Below are positions 37,401 through 46,622 of a stretch of DNA of 64,000 nt, in pieces. Made by a program: the position numbers and the translations under genes. Source of the stretch: Granulosicoccus sp. (GTDB lineage: Bacteria; Pseudomonadota; Gammaproteobacteria; Granulosicoccales; Granulosicoccaceae); the NCBI GenBank assembly GCA_965224525.1, contig OZ245050.1, positions 410,021 through 474,020 on the forward strand. The letters are read 5' to 3'. A model generated the notes under the pieces. The model worked only from the letters and a program-made list of their open reading frames with translations, searched no databases and was not told the DNA's origin. Within the stretch, counting starts at the first letter, position 1; each line of letters starts with the position of its first letter.

Positions 37401-37811
37401 CTGCACAAAGCAGGTATCGACTACGTCAAACTGACTGGCCGTACACGGAAACGCGATGTGGTCATCGACGCATTCCAGCAAGGCGATGTGCCGTTATTTC
37501 TTATCAGCTTGAAAGCCGGTGGTACTGGGCTCAACCTGACGGCCGCGGATACCGTGATTCACTACGATCCCTGGTGGAACCCGGCGGTTGAAAATCAGGC
37601 AAGTGATCGGGCCCATCGTATCGGTCAGAACAAACCGGTATTTGTTTATAAGCTGATAACGCTTGGCACCGTTGAAGAGAAAATACTACTGATGCAGGAA
37701 AAGAAACAAAAACTGGCCGACCAGACCCTGGGCAAAGGTGCCGCTGAAGGGCTGAGTAAACTTAAGGCTGACGATATCCTGCAACTGTTTTCACCCGCCG
37801 AAAGCGGTTAG
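34464..37811 (+). CDS. Second SWIM zinc-finger plus SNF2-family ATPase/helicase (1115 aa). A distinct paralogue with a roughly 500-aa linker region.
   Basis: SWIM motif CDCSCPVSFDCKHVAAL. SNF2 motifs LADDMGLGKT, LDEAQAIKN and a HELICc region ...GGTGLNLTAADTVIHYDPWWNPAVENQASDRAHRIGQ. Confidence 0.85.
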   Translation: MPFKFNALRPHDIVTVCGKAAAARGQALWRNEAVLALHHRSEYSIVGLVQGSLSAPYEVAVLIDDDDLICDCSCPVSFDCKHVAALLYQQIHLQGETQNAQYPGEHLNGGSKNGRRDQSGEAKTSDAVDDWLEHLFVDHQQVDLSEPEPEPGDQLVLYELDAAENTRSPGPIVKVVQSRLLKRGGLGKEKPYYYEQNYYYPRWVTALDKTIFKIYESRTINDANAWMHAGSSQLELTGSRGYAVLEKLLITQRLYLGSQREQTLTRGEPRSLTVDWQLGDDAQYQLHIALSECENWQLIPTEPPWYLDANRHCIGLLHDALSARLLRSLLSVPPVPKERAQVFSNLIATHLPDLHVPLPVEPDISVVDETPRPMLLLQSRNDSANIASFYASLMMRYGPWALALRGDNAPLMVEAEDEGIGTATIRRKPKLEMQIAGQFMRQFSGMRPALARDPTFFTMADWLPSTGSALGQLQQWQSIIDDIPVLESQGWVVRIIPPFDIQVQQISEVQASIKPAEGGWFDMGLHVVHDGQSFDLVPHIADWLSDGAPDQPLLIQSDSGVFAEVPVTLIQPIADTMLELFDNPSEAQSLRVSPARALTLNALDEQWQMHGISSVWQGGDKLFKLAEKLKTFTGIKHRKLPNTVKATLRPYQLDGVAWLGFLSKYGFNGILADDMGLGKTLQTLAFLEQQRVARKLAGPVLIIAPTSLLSNWAREAARFTPKLTSRIWHGSERKDSPLADEKAKLVITSYALALRDHELLAAIKFSWLVLDEAQAIKNPAAKITQAVKLLPIERRLCLTGTPLENHLHELWSQFDFLMPNLLGSRQHFARYFRTPIENHGNSERQARLNAMIRPFMLRRKKEEVAADLPPKTEIIREVLLEGPQATLYESIRASMEAKVRRVVEQRGLARSHIEMLEALLKLRQTCCHPQLVKLPSARKVTTSAKTELVMSMLTELISEGKKILLFSQFTEMLGLLETELHKAGIDYVKLTGRTRKRDVVIDAFQQGDVPLFLISLKAGGTGLNLTAADTVIHYDPWWNPAVENQASDRAHRIGQNKPVFVYKLITLGTVEEKILLMQEKKQKLADQTLGKGAAEGLSKLKADDILQLFSPAESG

Positions 37812-37829
37812 CACGAATAGCGCTGAAAA

Positions 37830-38519
37830 TCAGAAACGAAAACCAATAGATAAACTTCCACCATGAGTCTGCGGTGCCGCATCTCGATTGTCCAGGGTGC
37901 TGGCAAAGTTTTTTCTGGAGTATGCGCCAATTTCAAGAATGAATACACGCAGGCGAACGTGCAATGATGCGTTGATGCCTGCCATCGTATGATACGTTCT
38001 GTCCAGAAAACTGGTGGATTGTGTTGCACCAGCTTCCAGGCCAATATTCAGGCCAACGCCGTTTTGTCGCGTGGCCAGAGTATGCCAGCCAACGCCATAC
38101 CCCGCACCGAGAGTGATCAGCTCAAGCCCGTCGAAATCCTTGGCATCAAGCCCCACACGTGTTTGCCTGCTTACGTGAGGTGATGATCCAAATGGGTGGT
38201 CGAATACTATCGAAACAGAATTGAAACGAAGAGGCTCATGGTTTTCGCCTTCAGGGGCAATATCGAATCCTGAGGGGTTATTCAGTTTGACGCCTTTCAG
38301 TCCCACCAGGACTGTTGTGTCTGATTCCCGAAACCAGGCGAATCGATTGAGACCTGTTGGCTTTACAGAAGTTGCCAATACATGTTGAGGCTCTGCCTGT
38401 ACCGCAGCAATTGGTACACCACCGATTTCTGCAGAATTATCGATGTTCTGAGCGGTCGCGGTTGTACCCGATAGCAGGCTGACCCCTGCAACCAATAGCA
38501 GCAGGTATCGGGTTTTCAT
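37830..38519 (-). CDS. Outer-membrane beta-barrel protein (OmpA/opacity-like 8-strand barrel)
   Basis: Signal peptide, alternating amphipathic strands and a C-terminal ...SIGFRF ending. Confidence 0.5.
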   Translation of the reverse strand: MKTRYLLLLVAGVSLLSGTTATAQNIDNSAEIGGVPIAAVQAEPQHVLATSVKPTGLNRFAWFRESDTTVLVGLKGVKLNNPSGFDIAPEGENHEPLRFNSVSIVFDHPFGSSPHVSRQTRVGLDAKDFDGLELITLGAGYGVGWHTLATRQNGVGLNIGLEAGATQSTSFLDRTYHTMAGINASLHVRLRVFILEIGAYSRKNFASTLDNRDAAPQTHGGSLSIGFRF

Positions 38520-39418
38520 GATCCGTCACCTGTCAGTTCGTTTATTGTGACAAAACGCTTGCGCGACGTTATGTGTGTGGTGAACTGTACAGATTCCAGG
38601 TGGGTGTCAGTTGATTCAGCGCCTTGTTGACTGATCATTTGTACCGCGTGTTCACAATCAGAAATTGTAATTCCTGGTATATGAGGTAGTTTGGGTAGAT
38701 TGCTTGCTGCTACGGAAACTGCGGTTTCATCCAGGCCGAGGTTTATCTGCTTGACGTCAGCCAGATCGGATGCGTTGCTTATGTCATTGCCATCGACGTC
38801 CTGACATTTTTGTATCGAGAACTCTAAAGCCAGAGATTCCAGTTCTAAATCAGTTGACAATGTCCAACTTAAAGTCAGTTCGCCATATCGGGGGATAAGC
38901 TGCAAGGACTGATCAAGAACAAGCGATTCGACATCGGCCAGTGTAACAATGTTATCCGGAGCGTCTGACCGTGAGGGGCTTCCGCGATACATACCGACTC
39001 GGAGGCTTGGTGAATCGACAATAGAAAGGTCGGTTCGATAAGTCAGTTCAGCATCGCGCCGATACAGAGTTTTTCTTTGGTCACCCCATGTTGCAACAAG
39101 GTGGTCGCCATCAACCAGACGAACAGGGATTAAATCGCCGATGATAAACCCACCCTCTGTATTTCTGTTTTGTTGACCGTCCAGGTAAACCTGGCCGCTT
39201 ATGCTTGCCAGGCCAGACTCGTAGTCAACCCGGGCTGTAAGCACAGGTGAAAGCCGGTTGGTTGAAAAGTCGGCGGAGCGATTTTCTCCGCAGCCTGCTA
39301 CCAATGCCGCGACAATCAGCAGGGATGTTGTCTGTCGCAGGCGAAGGGCTTGCGTAAGACCGGAGTATTTACATTGTCCGTTACCCGCGATCATTTTCGG
39401 TTTTTTCATACGACTCAT
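38516..39418 (-). CDS. Lipoprotein of unknown function, co-transcribed with the pilus genes
   Basis: Lipobox LVAGC after a signal peptide. Length 300 aa. Confidence 0.45.
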   Translation of the reverse strand: MSRMKKPKMIAGNGQCKYSGLTQALRLRQTTSLLIVAALVAGCGENRSADFSTNRLSPVLTARVDYESGLASISGQVYLDGQQNRNTEGGFIIGDLIPVRLVDGDHLVATWGDQRKTLYRRDAELTYRTDLSIVDSPSLRVGMYRGSPSRSDAPDNIVTLADVESLVLDQSLQLIPRYGELTLSWTLSTDLELESLALEFSIQKCQDVDGNDISNASDLADVKQINLGLDETAVSVAASNLPKLPHIPGITISDCEHAVQMISQQGAESTDTHLESVQFTTHITSRKRFVTINELTGDGS

Positions 39419-39552
39419 CCAAAGCTGTCTGGCGGCAGTAGGAACTACTCTGACAGGGGAGATTCGCTAAGTCTGGGTAATTATACCTTTTGCTTGCTCG
39501 TATTTTGAATCTTTGTCAATCTACTAAAACTCACATTGATATATAAACACGC

Positions 39553-40011
39553 TCAAAGCGGCGACAAAATCAACAACAGGGTGTCGTTGTAAACACCCGG
39601 CGGTGCTCGATCAATCTGTCGTTTACTTACCCGCACCCGAATCTGTGCATTGAAGCCGTCAGCGCAGTTTCGCTCCGGGCTAAATGCATAGGCTCTTCGT
39701 GATGGCACGGTTGGCCGCAGCCGTTCGCGTTTTTTGTAGTTTCTTCCTGTGTGCCAATACACCCGATACCTGACCTTGTCGCCGATGTCATTGGCCAACT
39801 TGAAGCGACGACCAGTTGTTGCGCCGCTGACACTGATGCGATAGGCGCTTTCATCCTCGGACCAGATACATACCGGTACACGGGTTTCCCAACGCGAGGC
39901 GATAGGTGTCCAGATACCCAGGTACAGATCATCGTTGACAATGACGCCGCTAGCCATGGCAGTGCCGATGGTGAGCATTAAAATCAGGCAGCAGGTGGTG
40001 AGCTGTCTCAT
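39553..40011 (-). CDS. Spore-coat-protein-U (SCPU) domain pilin subunit (Csu-type)
   Basis: About 150 aa with a signal peptide and a ...YNDTLLLILSPL C-terminus typical of SCPU pilins. Confidence 0.7.
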   Translation of the reverse strand: MRQLTTCCLILMLTIGTAMASGVIVNDDLYLGIWTPIASRWETRVPVCIWSEDESAYRISVSGATTGRRFKLANDIGDKVRYRVYWHTGRNYKKRERLRPTVPSRRAYAFSPERNCADGFNAQIRVRVSKRQIDRAPPGVYNDTLLLILSPL

Positions 40012-40160
40012 CAGCGTACTTGAAGGTCGTCAGTAAAGGTTGGATGGCGGCTGGCTGTAAGAGCCCATAGATTGCAGAGTCAAGTTCTGTGCCTATCCGG
40101 GGAGAAGAGCGCCAAAAACGTTCTGCAATGGTGCCGGGGCTGACGGGTTTGCGAGAATTT

Positions 40161-40712
40161 CTACTCGGGAGAGACCGTAATGGTCATCAAATCCTGATAG
40201 ATGCCGGGTACTGCGGGATTGAATTCAGCAGCGCGAACCAGTGCAGCAAACCACAGGTTGCGGCCACTGGTGTCAGCGCAGGTGGGGGACAGGCTGCCTT
40301 TCATATTGCTAATGGTTTTGACAGGTGTGGTCCATCCTTCGAGAATGTTTCCACTGTTGCGGAAATAGTAGATCCAGAGTTCGTATTTCATTTCATCACC
40401 AGCTGCCGTTTTCAGTGTCAGGTCTGAGCCGCCGTTTTGGCTGTTCAGCTCGACACTGTAGCTACCTGTGCTGGTGAACACGCATTCCGGATCCCATTGG
40501 TAACTGAAAACAGAAATAGTGTCTGTTGGTAAAAACACACCGATAACCCAGTCGTCTACACCTGTGATCTGTGCTGATTCGCCTTTGACAATACTGATGT
40601 CGGAATCAACCGTTGCCTGAGCCAGCGACTGTGTGCTGGATACCATTGCGGCTACTGCCAGTACAACTCCGGCGAGTCTTGAAACATTCGATCTTGTGGA
40701 GACATTGCTCAT
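40161..40712 (-). CDS. SCPU-domain pilin subunit
   Basis: Signal peptide plus ...PGIYQDLMTITVSPE C-terminal SCPU motif. Confidence 0.7.
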   Translation of the reverse strand: MSNVSTRSNVSRLAGVVLAVAAMVSSTQSLAQATVDSDISIVKGESAQITGVDDWVIGVFLPTDTISVFSYQWDPECVFTSTGSYSVELNSQNGGSDLTLKTAAGDEMKYELWIYYFRNSGNILEGWTTPVKTISNMKGSLSPTCADTSGRNLWFAALVRAAEFNPAVPGIYQDLMTITVSPE

Positions 40713-40853
40713 GGGATGACCGCAGTGACGTGTCTGGAGGCTGGAAGTGGCCGTACATACCGGCAGCCGCAGGCGAAACCTGCAACCACCGGTAAAAGTA
40801 CGGAGTATATCCAGGTCGGAGTGGCGTTCAGATTTTAAACGCAGTGTCCGATT

Positions 40854-41366
40854 TTACTCAGGCTCAACCAGCAGAGTCACTGTGTCAGTGTAAGTGCCTG
40901 GAGCTGCTGCATTAAAGTCAGCCGATGCAACGGTTACTTCAAAAGTCGCATTGTCAACGCCACCGCAAGTAGGCGCAGTACTGTTGGCAGGCAGGGTGGT
41001 CATCGCTGTGTTGTAAGTGACGGGTGCAGCTGCGCCGCCAGCGGCCCATGTCATGCTGTAGTCGATAGTATTGGTGCCGTCAGACAGCTCGAATGCACCG
41101 TTGGCAGAAGTGACAGTAATCTGATACAACGACGTGGCTGAGAATACGCAAACATCGTCAGACGCAGTGGCATCAGTGACAAGGCTTGAGTGAGTGCCCA
41201 GATCCAGATCAGCAACGCCGGAAATCTGTACCGCATTTTCTTTAATCAAGGTGACAACTGATGAGCCAGTTGATGTCAGGCCAAGAAGTCCATCAGTGGC
41301 TGCCAAAGCAGTACCTGAGAAAGCTACTGCGGCAGCGGCGATGAGAGTCAGTTTATTCAGTTTCAA
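40854..41366 (-). CDS. SCPU-domain major pilin (CsuA/B-like)
   Basis: Signal peptide plus ...PGTYTDTVTLLVEPE C-terminal SCPU motif. Confidence 0.7.
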   Translation of the reverse strand: MKLNKLTLIAAAAVAFSGTALAATDGLLGLTSTGSSVVTLIKENAVQISGVADLDLGTHSSLVTDATASDDVCVFSATSLYQITVTSANGAFELSDGTNTIDYSMTWAAGGAAAPVTYNTAMTTLPANSTAPTCGGVDNATFEVTVASADFNAAAPGTYTDTVTLLVEPE

Positions 41367-41849
41367 GTTTAATACTCCTTCAGCATAGTTATTATGTTGA
41401 CCATGCCCGTTCGGCTACCGCATCCGAAGTGCGAACCGTTCCAGGCGCTGAAACTGATAACGACAGGTGGCGGGTGCAAATGTAACCCGGTTTCTTGAAT
41501 AGCAAACCAGATCACTATTCAGGGCGATTTCAGATCGTTTCACCGTCGGGTTGATGTGAAACCCGGTAAGTTGGCGCGTGATGCGGTTCGCGTTTTTAGC
41601 AACAAGCATTCATTCGAGGTGTACTGTCCATGATCTCAGCAGGGTTATTGCCTTATGTTCAGCTCCGAAAGGAACATGTTGGTCAGCAGTAAGCTCATTT
41701 TCGGCCAGATCCTTGCTGGGGTACTCCCGAATAGCTCAGCTTATTACCTGGTTGCCGATACCTGGTTAGCTGCGCGGCTTTTGACGTTGTAAGCAGCAGA
41801 TTCGGTTTTCGCGTCAGGCACTTAGTTAACAACCAGGTATCTTTGAATC

Positions 41850-42563
41850 ATGAAACTCCCGATGCTCTGGCTCGCGGCTGCGCTCGTTCTGTTCAGCTCT
41901 ACCGCTCAGTCCCAGATAACTGTCAGCCGGTCTGTCATTGAATTTGGAAAGGACGGCGTGATTCAGGACATTGAAGTCATGAATACGGGTGACTTCAAAA
42001 TCTACCTCGACATGACAATCGCGGAAATCATTGATCCGGAATCCGAGTCGCCGACTCGAGTACAGCTTGATGACCCCCGAACGGCGCCAGTACTGGTTAG
42101 TCCAAAACAACTACTGGTACCCCCCGGCGAACGCAAGCGTATGCGCGTGATACTGCGGGAACCTGCGGTTGAGCGTGACCGCGTATTTCGGCTTGCAGTA
42201 AAGCCTTATACCGGAGCGTTGAAAATTGACGATACAGTTGGTGACAAGAAAGCATCAGCGATCAAGGTGCTGGTGGGTTATGACTTGTTGCTGCTATCGC
42301 GCCCGGTCAATGCAAATCCAGATGTCATGGTTACGCGTCATGTTGATCATATCGAGTTTGTCAACAAAGGCAATACGAATGTATTGCTGCGCAAGATCCA
42401 GCAATGTGATTTGGCTGAGTCAGACTGCGAGGAATTGCAACCTAACCGACTGTATGCAGGGGAGTCCTATACGGTAACGCTTCCCAAAATTGGTACATCC
42501 GAAGAGTATCCAGTAAAGGTGTGGAAAGCGGTGGGTCTGAGTAACTCCTTAGATACTTACTGA
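41850..42563 (+). CDS. Periplasmic pilus chaperone (PapD/CsuC-like)
   Basis: Signal peptide, two Ig-like halves with alternating hydrophobic strands, size 237 aa. Located in the pilus cluster. Confidence 0.7.
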   Translation: MKLPMLWLAAALVLFSSTAQSQITVSRSVIEFGKDGVIQDIEVMNTGDFKIYLDMTIAEIIDPESESPTRVQLDDPRTAPVLVSPKQLLVPPGERKRMRVILREPAVERDRVFRLAVKPYTGALKIDDTVGDKKASAIKVLVGYDLLLLSRPVNANPDVMVTRHVDHIEFVNKGNTNVLLRKIQQCDLAESDCEELQPNRLYAGESYTVTLPKIGTSEEYPVKVWKAVGLSNSLDTY

Positions 42564-42586
42564 TAGCGAGCGTGTTGAATGCCGCT

Positions 42587-45500
42587 CTATTCCAAATCGA
42601 TGTGTTGACAGATAAGCGGTGAGTCCACTACCAGTACATCATCTGATTCTTTCGTATTCGGCGCTGTAAACTCGCAGACTGAACCGTCCTGCCGGGTTGC
42701 TTTCAGCACTTCGCCCGGCTCGACCTCCGCCTGGAACAGTCCGTCGGACTGAATCAATTGAGGGTTTGGGCTACGATCCACAACGGCTTGCGTAACCAGC
42801 TCACCAGCTTCGTCGACAATCGCTGCTATCAATAATACCTTGCGTTTGGCATTGATATCGATGCGCTGAACATTGCCAGGGTACAACGTGAATTCCCAGG
42901 TGTCATTGCCAATACCATTGGACAATATGGTTTGCGGAATCAGTTTGACACTGTATGACTCGAAGGGTTGCAGACCAATGAATTGCGTAGAGCCGATCTC
43001 ACCGGTGCTGTATTTTAGACCATTGAGTATGATGTCGAAGCGAGCCCCTTTGGGTTCACCCTTTACCGATACGATAAGGCCGGCTTGGGAGTAATCCGCA
43101 CCACCCATTGCAGCTCCGCGTCGGTCAACTCCAAGGTGAGCGCCCAGAGTGGCGACTGTATTTCGGCTGTCCCTACCGTCGTTGGCTGTCCAGTCGCTCG
43201 ACAATCCGGCATTGAACCAAGGGTGCTGAACGGCCAGTCGGGCGCCAGCAGAATCGCCATGGTGGGTTGTCTGCGCATAGCCGCCGACTACCCACTCTGT
43301 TGAGGCGGAGTTGTTGGAACGCAGGTTGGTATTGACGCCGAACAGGCGACCGTAGTCACCTTGATCGTTACGATTCAATTCAGCGGATGCAAGGGTTGTC
43401 GACCGTCCTCTATCGATGAACAAATTCAGCCGAACACCGACAAGGCGTTCGATGTTGTTGTACTGGTAGTTAAGGTCAAGAAAACCGCGTAAGTCGTTTC
43501 GGTGGAATATTGAGCGACGCAGGTAAATAGCATATTGCCTGCTATCGCCAGTGTCTGGTTCCTCGTATTCATTGCGAACGCTGCCTCTGGCTCCGATCGA
43601 GAAGTTTTCGAATGATTTGTTGAGCGATGCGCTCAGTTGCCTGAAATCTCCAGGAAATAGCGTTGCCCTGGGTTCGTCGATGGCTGCAATGTCCGAGCGG
43701 AACCATTCGCCAGAGAAATTCAATGAATAGTCCTGGCGAAAATAAGACAGGCGAAAACCGCTTGCCAATGTGTTCTGGTCGCCGGTGGTTGCGGAAAGCT
43801 GTGCCGCGACGGATTCACCAAGGTAGATAAACTCGCTTTGTACAAACGAGTCGCGGCCAAATTGCAACAGTCCGAGCCTCCAGGCCGACTGGTCATTCAA
43901 ACGGCGCCCTATTGATGTACCCAGCACGGTCAGATCGACCGTTTCGGGTAGGGGGTCGTTATCGTTATAAATCAGCGGCACACCAGCAGTGATGCCAAAC
44001 ACGGTTTCGCCACGCGGGGGAATTTGTGTGCTCTTGGTAAACAACCGTTTTTCCGATCGGCTACCGCTTAGTGGGTCTATGACCCTGATCTCAACCTCAT
44101 AGGTACCATCCGGTAAAGCGCGTGTATCAAGCACCTGGTTGCCGGCGGCGTAGCTGTCGCCTGTATAGACGCGATCATTTACAGCCAACTGCACGATGGA
44201 TCTGCGTGACAGGAATACAACCAGTTCGGAGCTGAAAGCGTGTTCAAGATCCACCCGGGTTTTAAACGAACTATTGAAACTTGCGCCAGCCAGAGCAATG
44301 TCGGATAAACCGCCGCCCGGTTGGTATGAATAGGTTCCGCCTACCAGGTCGTAGTCCGGGAAGTGATGAGTCAGTTTGAGTTCGCGCAGGCGTTGTCGAT
44401 CAGTGCGGGAGTTGTAATCCGCTTCTGCAGTCAGGTTGCTTGGGCCATTGCCCAAAAGCAGTCTGCCTGATACATCAATGGCGTCGTCCTGTGCAGCAAG
44501 GTCGGACGCCACGGTGTACACCGACAGAATCGAGGTGTTGTTACGCTCAGGCGGTGGCAAATAGCGAACCCGCCCCTGGTCTTGCAAAGACTGCAGTTCA
44601 CGGCCAACAAACAAGTCGAGTCGTAAATCACTTTCAGAGTAGATGACACCGACCTCGGCAACATCCAGGTATCCGCAGCCGGCCGGGTCATTCTCTCTAT
44701 AGCACAGACGGTCTGCGTTAGTTGGAAGTGGAGCGGACAGCAGTGCTTCTACGCGGGGGGCATCTGTGATGCCATCAAGTAGATCAACAACACTTGCTGG
44801 ATGGTCAAAGATCAATTCATCAACGGTCACAGTCACCGCTGTAGAACCCACTTTCTTGTCGCGAAAGTACACGTCGATGAATGCATTCTGTGGCCCGTTT
44901 AAAGCCTCAAATCCTGCCGGAGCTGCGTCTGCTATATGAAATCTGCCGGATGTTTGGCTTGATGCTTTGTTTTGCCCGGTAACGTTGTTGTTAGCCTGGT
45001 CAGGAACGGTGCCAGGAGGCAGCGGTGTGCCGGGGCCGGAAAGAGTTTGTGGTTTTGAATCAAAAGTAGTCGAGCTGGATACGGGCCTGGGCGTTGTTTT
45101 TGAGTCAAGATCAGAACCAAAATATCGCTCAATTTCCTCAGCGGTCGCTGGTCGAGTAGTGACGTTGAGTATTCTCCAGCGAACTTCAGATTCAACCTGT
45201 TGATCCGAAGAATTGCCGTAAAGCAGTTTCTCAATGGCTTGTATTTTCTCTGCATCAACATCGGTTGCTGCCGCGGGTACGTCTGTACTGACTTTGGTTG
45301 TGCCGGGTGTTTCGGTTCGGGATAGTTCCGTTTTTTTAGTATCCGGCACTGGCGCAGCTACTGACAACAATGCGGCCGAGCCCGGTACATCTTCAGCTAC
45401 TTGGGTAACTGTTGTTTTTTCGACCTTCCCATTGCCAATCCACCAAACACCCCAGCCACTTGAAATGCCGTGTATCTGGGTAGTGCTGTCAGTAAATTTG

Positions 45501-45991
45501 CCTTTAATCAATGCATCGAGTTTAAATACTAATTCCTGATACTGTGCGTTTGCATCCGGTAGTTCGATATCAACTGGCTGGTTGACTGTTTTTTTAATCT
45601 GCGCCTGTTTGAGTAGTTCTAGAATCTGATCTACCGGTATCGTGTTGGCCGATCCCAGGTCCAGTTGGATACCGTGGGTAAGCAGCAGCTGTCGGAGCAA
45701 AGTTGACTCCTGAACATCCAGAACATTGAGGGGTAAAATCAGAGCATCGGCTGTGGACAGGGCATTGGTTGCTTTTGCCCTTGCGAGGATTGTTTTTGAC
45801 GGCATTAAAGGTGGCGACGTGCCACTGGATAAATCTACTGTTGCATTTGGGCTGGCGTACGCTGAAGTTATACCACTGGCAGATACCAGCAATATAACAG
45901 CGGGTGGAGATGCTATCAGGGCACGACCAGATTTGCCTGACAGGATTTGGCGAGGCTTCGCTGTGCGTGAGTGGAGAGTTGATTTGCCCAA
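42587..45991 (-). CDS. Fimbrial usher-like outer-membrane protein with a roughly 450-aa Pro/Thr-rich N-terminal extension (1134 aa)
   Basis: The central and C-terminal regions resemble usher beta-barrel and C-terminal plug/Ig domains by eye. The start is uncertain. Confidence 0.5.
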   Translation of the reverse strand: MGKSTLHSRTAKPRQILSGKSGRALIASPPAVILLVSASGITSAYASPNATVDLSSGTSPPLMPSKTILARAKATNALSTADALILPLNVLDVQESTLLRQLLLTHGIQLDLGSANTIPVDQILELLKQAQIKKTVNQPVDIELPDANAQYQELVFKLDALIKGKFTDSTTQIHGISSGWGVWWIGNGKVEKTTVTQVAEDVPGSAALLSVAAPVPDTKKTELSRTETPGTTKVSTDVPAAATDVDAEKIQAIEKLLYGNSSDQQVESEVRWRILNVTTRPATAEEIERYFGSDLDSKTTPRPVSSSTTFDSKPQTLSGPGTPLPPGTVPDQANNNVTGQNKASSQTSGRFHIADAAPAGFEALNGPQNAFIDVYFRDKKVGSTAVTVTVDELIFDHPASVVDLLDGITDAPRVEALLSAPLPTNADRLCYRENDPAGCGYLDVAEVGVIYSESDLRLDLFVGRELQSLQDQGRVRYLPPPERNNTSILSVYTVASDLAAQDDAIDVSGRLLLGNGPSNLTAEADYNSRTDRQRLRELKLTHHFPDYDLVGGTYSYQPGGGLSDIALAGASFNSSFKTRVDLEHAFSSELVVFLSRRSIVQLAVNDRVYTGDSYAAGNQVLDTRALPDGTYEVEIRVIDPLSGSRSEKRLFTKSTQIPPRGETVFGITAGVPLIYNDNDPLPETVDLTVLGTSIGRRLNDQSAWRLGLLQFGRDSFVQSEFIYLGESVAAQLSATTGDQNTLASGFRLSYFRQDYSLNFSGEWFRSDIAAIDEPRATLFPGDFRQLSASLNKSFENFSIGARGSVRNEYEEPDTGDSRQYAIYLRRSIFHRNDLRGFLDLNYQYNNIERLVGVRLNLFIDRGRSTTLASAELNRNDQGDYGRLFGVNTNLRSNNSASTEWVVGGYAQTTHHGDSAGARLAVQHPWFNAGLSSDWTANDGRDSRNTVATLGAHLGVDRRGAAMGGADYSQAGLIVSVKGEPKGARFDIILNGLKYSTGEIGSTQFIGLQPFESYSVKLIPQTILSNGIGNDTWEFTLYPGNVQRIDINAKRKVLLIAAIVDEAGELVTQAVVDRSPNPQLIQSDGLFQAEVEPGEVLKATRQDGSVCEFTAPNTKESDDVLVVDSPLICQHIDLE

Positions 45992-46009
45992 TTGTTTGAA
46001 TAATCCAGG

Positions 46010-46519
46010 TTATGGGGCAATGCCTGTTGCCAGCACCTGGATTTCTACACGGCGGTTTGTTTTTCGTCCCGCTTGTGTAGTGTTTGTAGCAATAGGTTGG
46101 GTTTCTCCGGCGCCAAAGCTGACGACAGATATCGAGGGCAGCCGTTTTGAAAAAAGAGCGGCGAGATACAACGCTCGTTGTTCGGACAGGTAACGGTTGT
46201 AGGCAGCGGTGCCGTCGCTGTCGGTATGCCCGACAATGCGAACGGACAATATCTCGGCATATTTTCCAAGGTCGTCAATGAGGAGGTTGATCGTGGCAAC
46301 ACCGGAATCAGTCAGCACGGAGGATGCACTGGGAAAGAGCGCTTCACCGCTTAACACAGCTAGCGACAGTTTGGCAGTCTCGCCGCTGGCGGGATCGTTG
46401 CCGGATTGGTTTTCGAGCGCGAGCTCTTCGCTTGCGCCCACGCGATCCTGAGCCAGTGCAACGGTGCTCAATGACAAAAAGCCAGTCATCAGAAATATAC
46501 AGGCCAGGTAGCCGTGCAT
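46010..46519 (-). CDS. OmpA/MotB-like peptidoglycan-binding domain protein
   Basis: ...VGHTDSDGTAAYNRYLSEQRALYLAALF...NRRVEIQVL is the OmpA C-terminal signature. Confidence 0.7.
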   Translation of the reverse strand: MHGYLACIFLMTGFLSLSTVALAQDRVGASEELALENQSGNDPASGETAKLSLAVLSGEALFPSASSVLTDSGVATINLLIDDLGKYAEILSVRIVGHTDSDGTAAYNRYLSEQRALYLAALFSKRLPSISVVSFGAGETQPIATNTTQAGRKTNRRVEIQVLATGIAP

Positions 46520-46622
46520 TGTGGATTCCAGAGTGTGCTTGAATAACCGTGATACTACTAAACGTAGAGCCTGGCGTTGTTAATACGCAGGAATTATTAG
46601 TCTATTTCCGATAGTCGCCATA

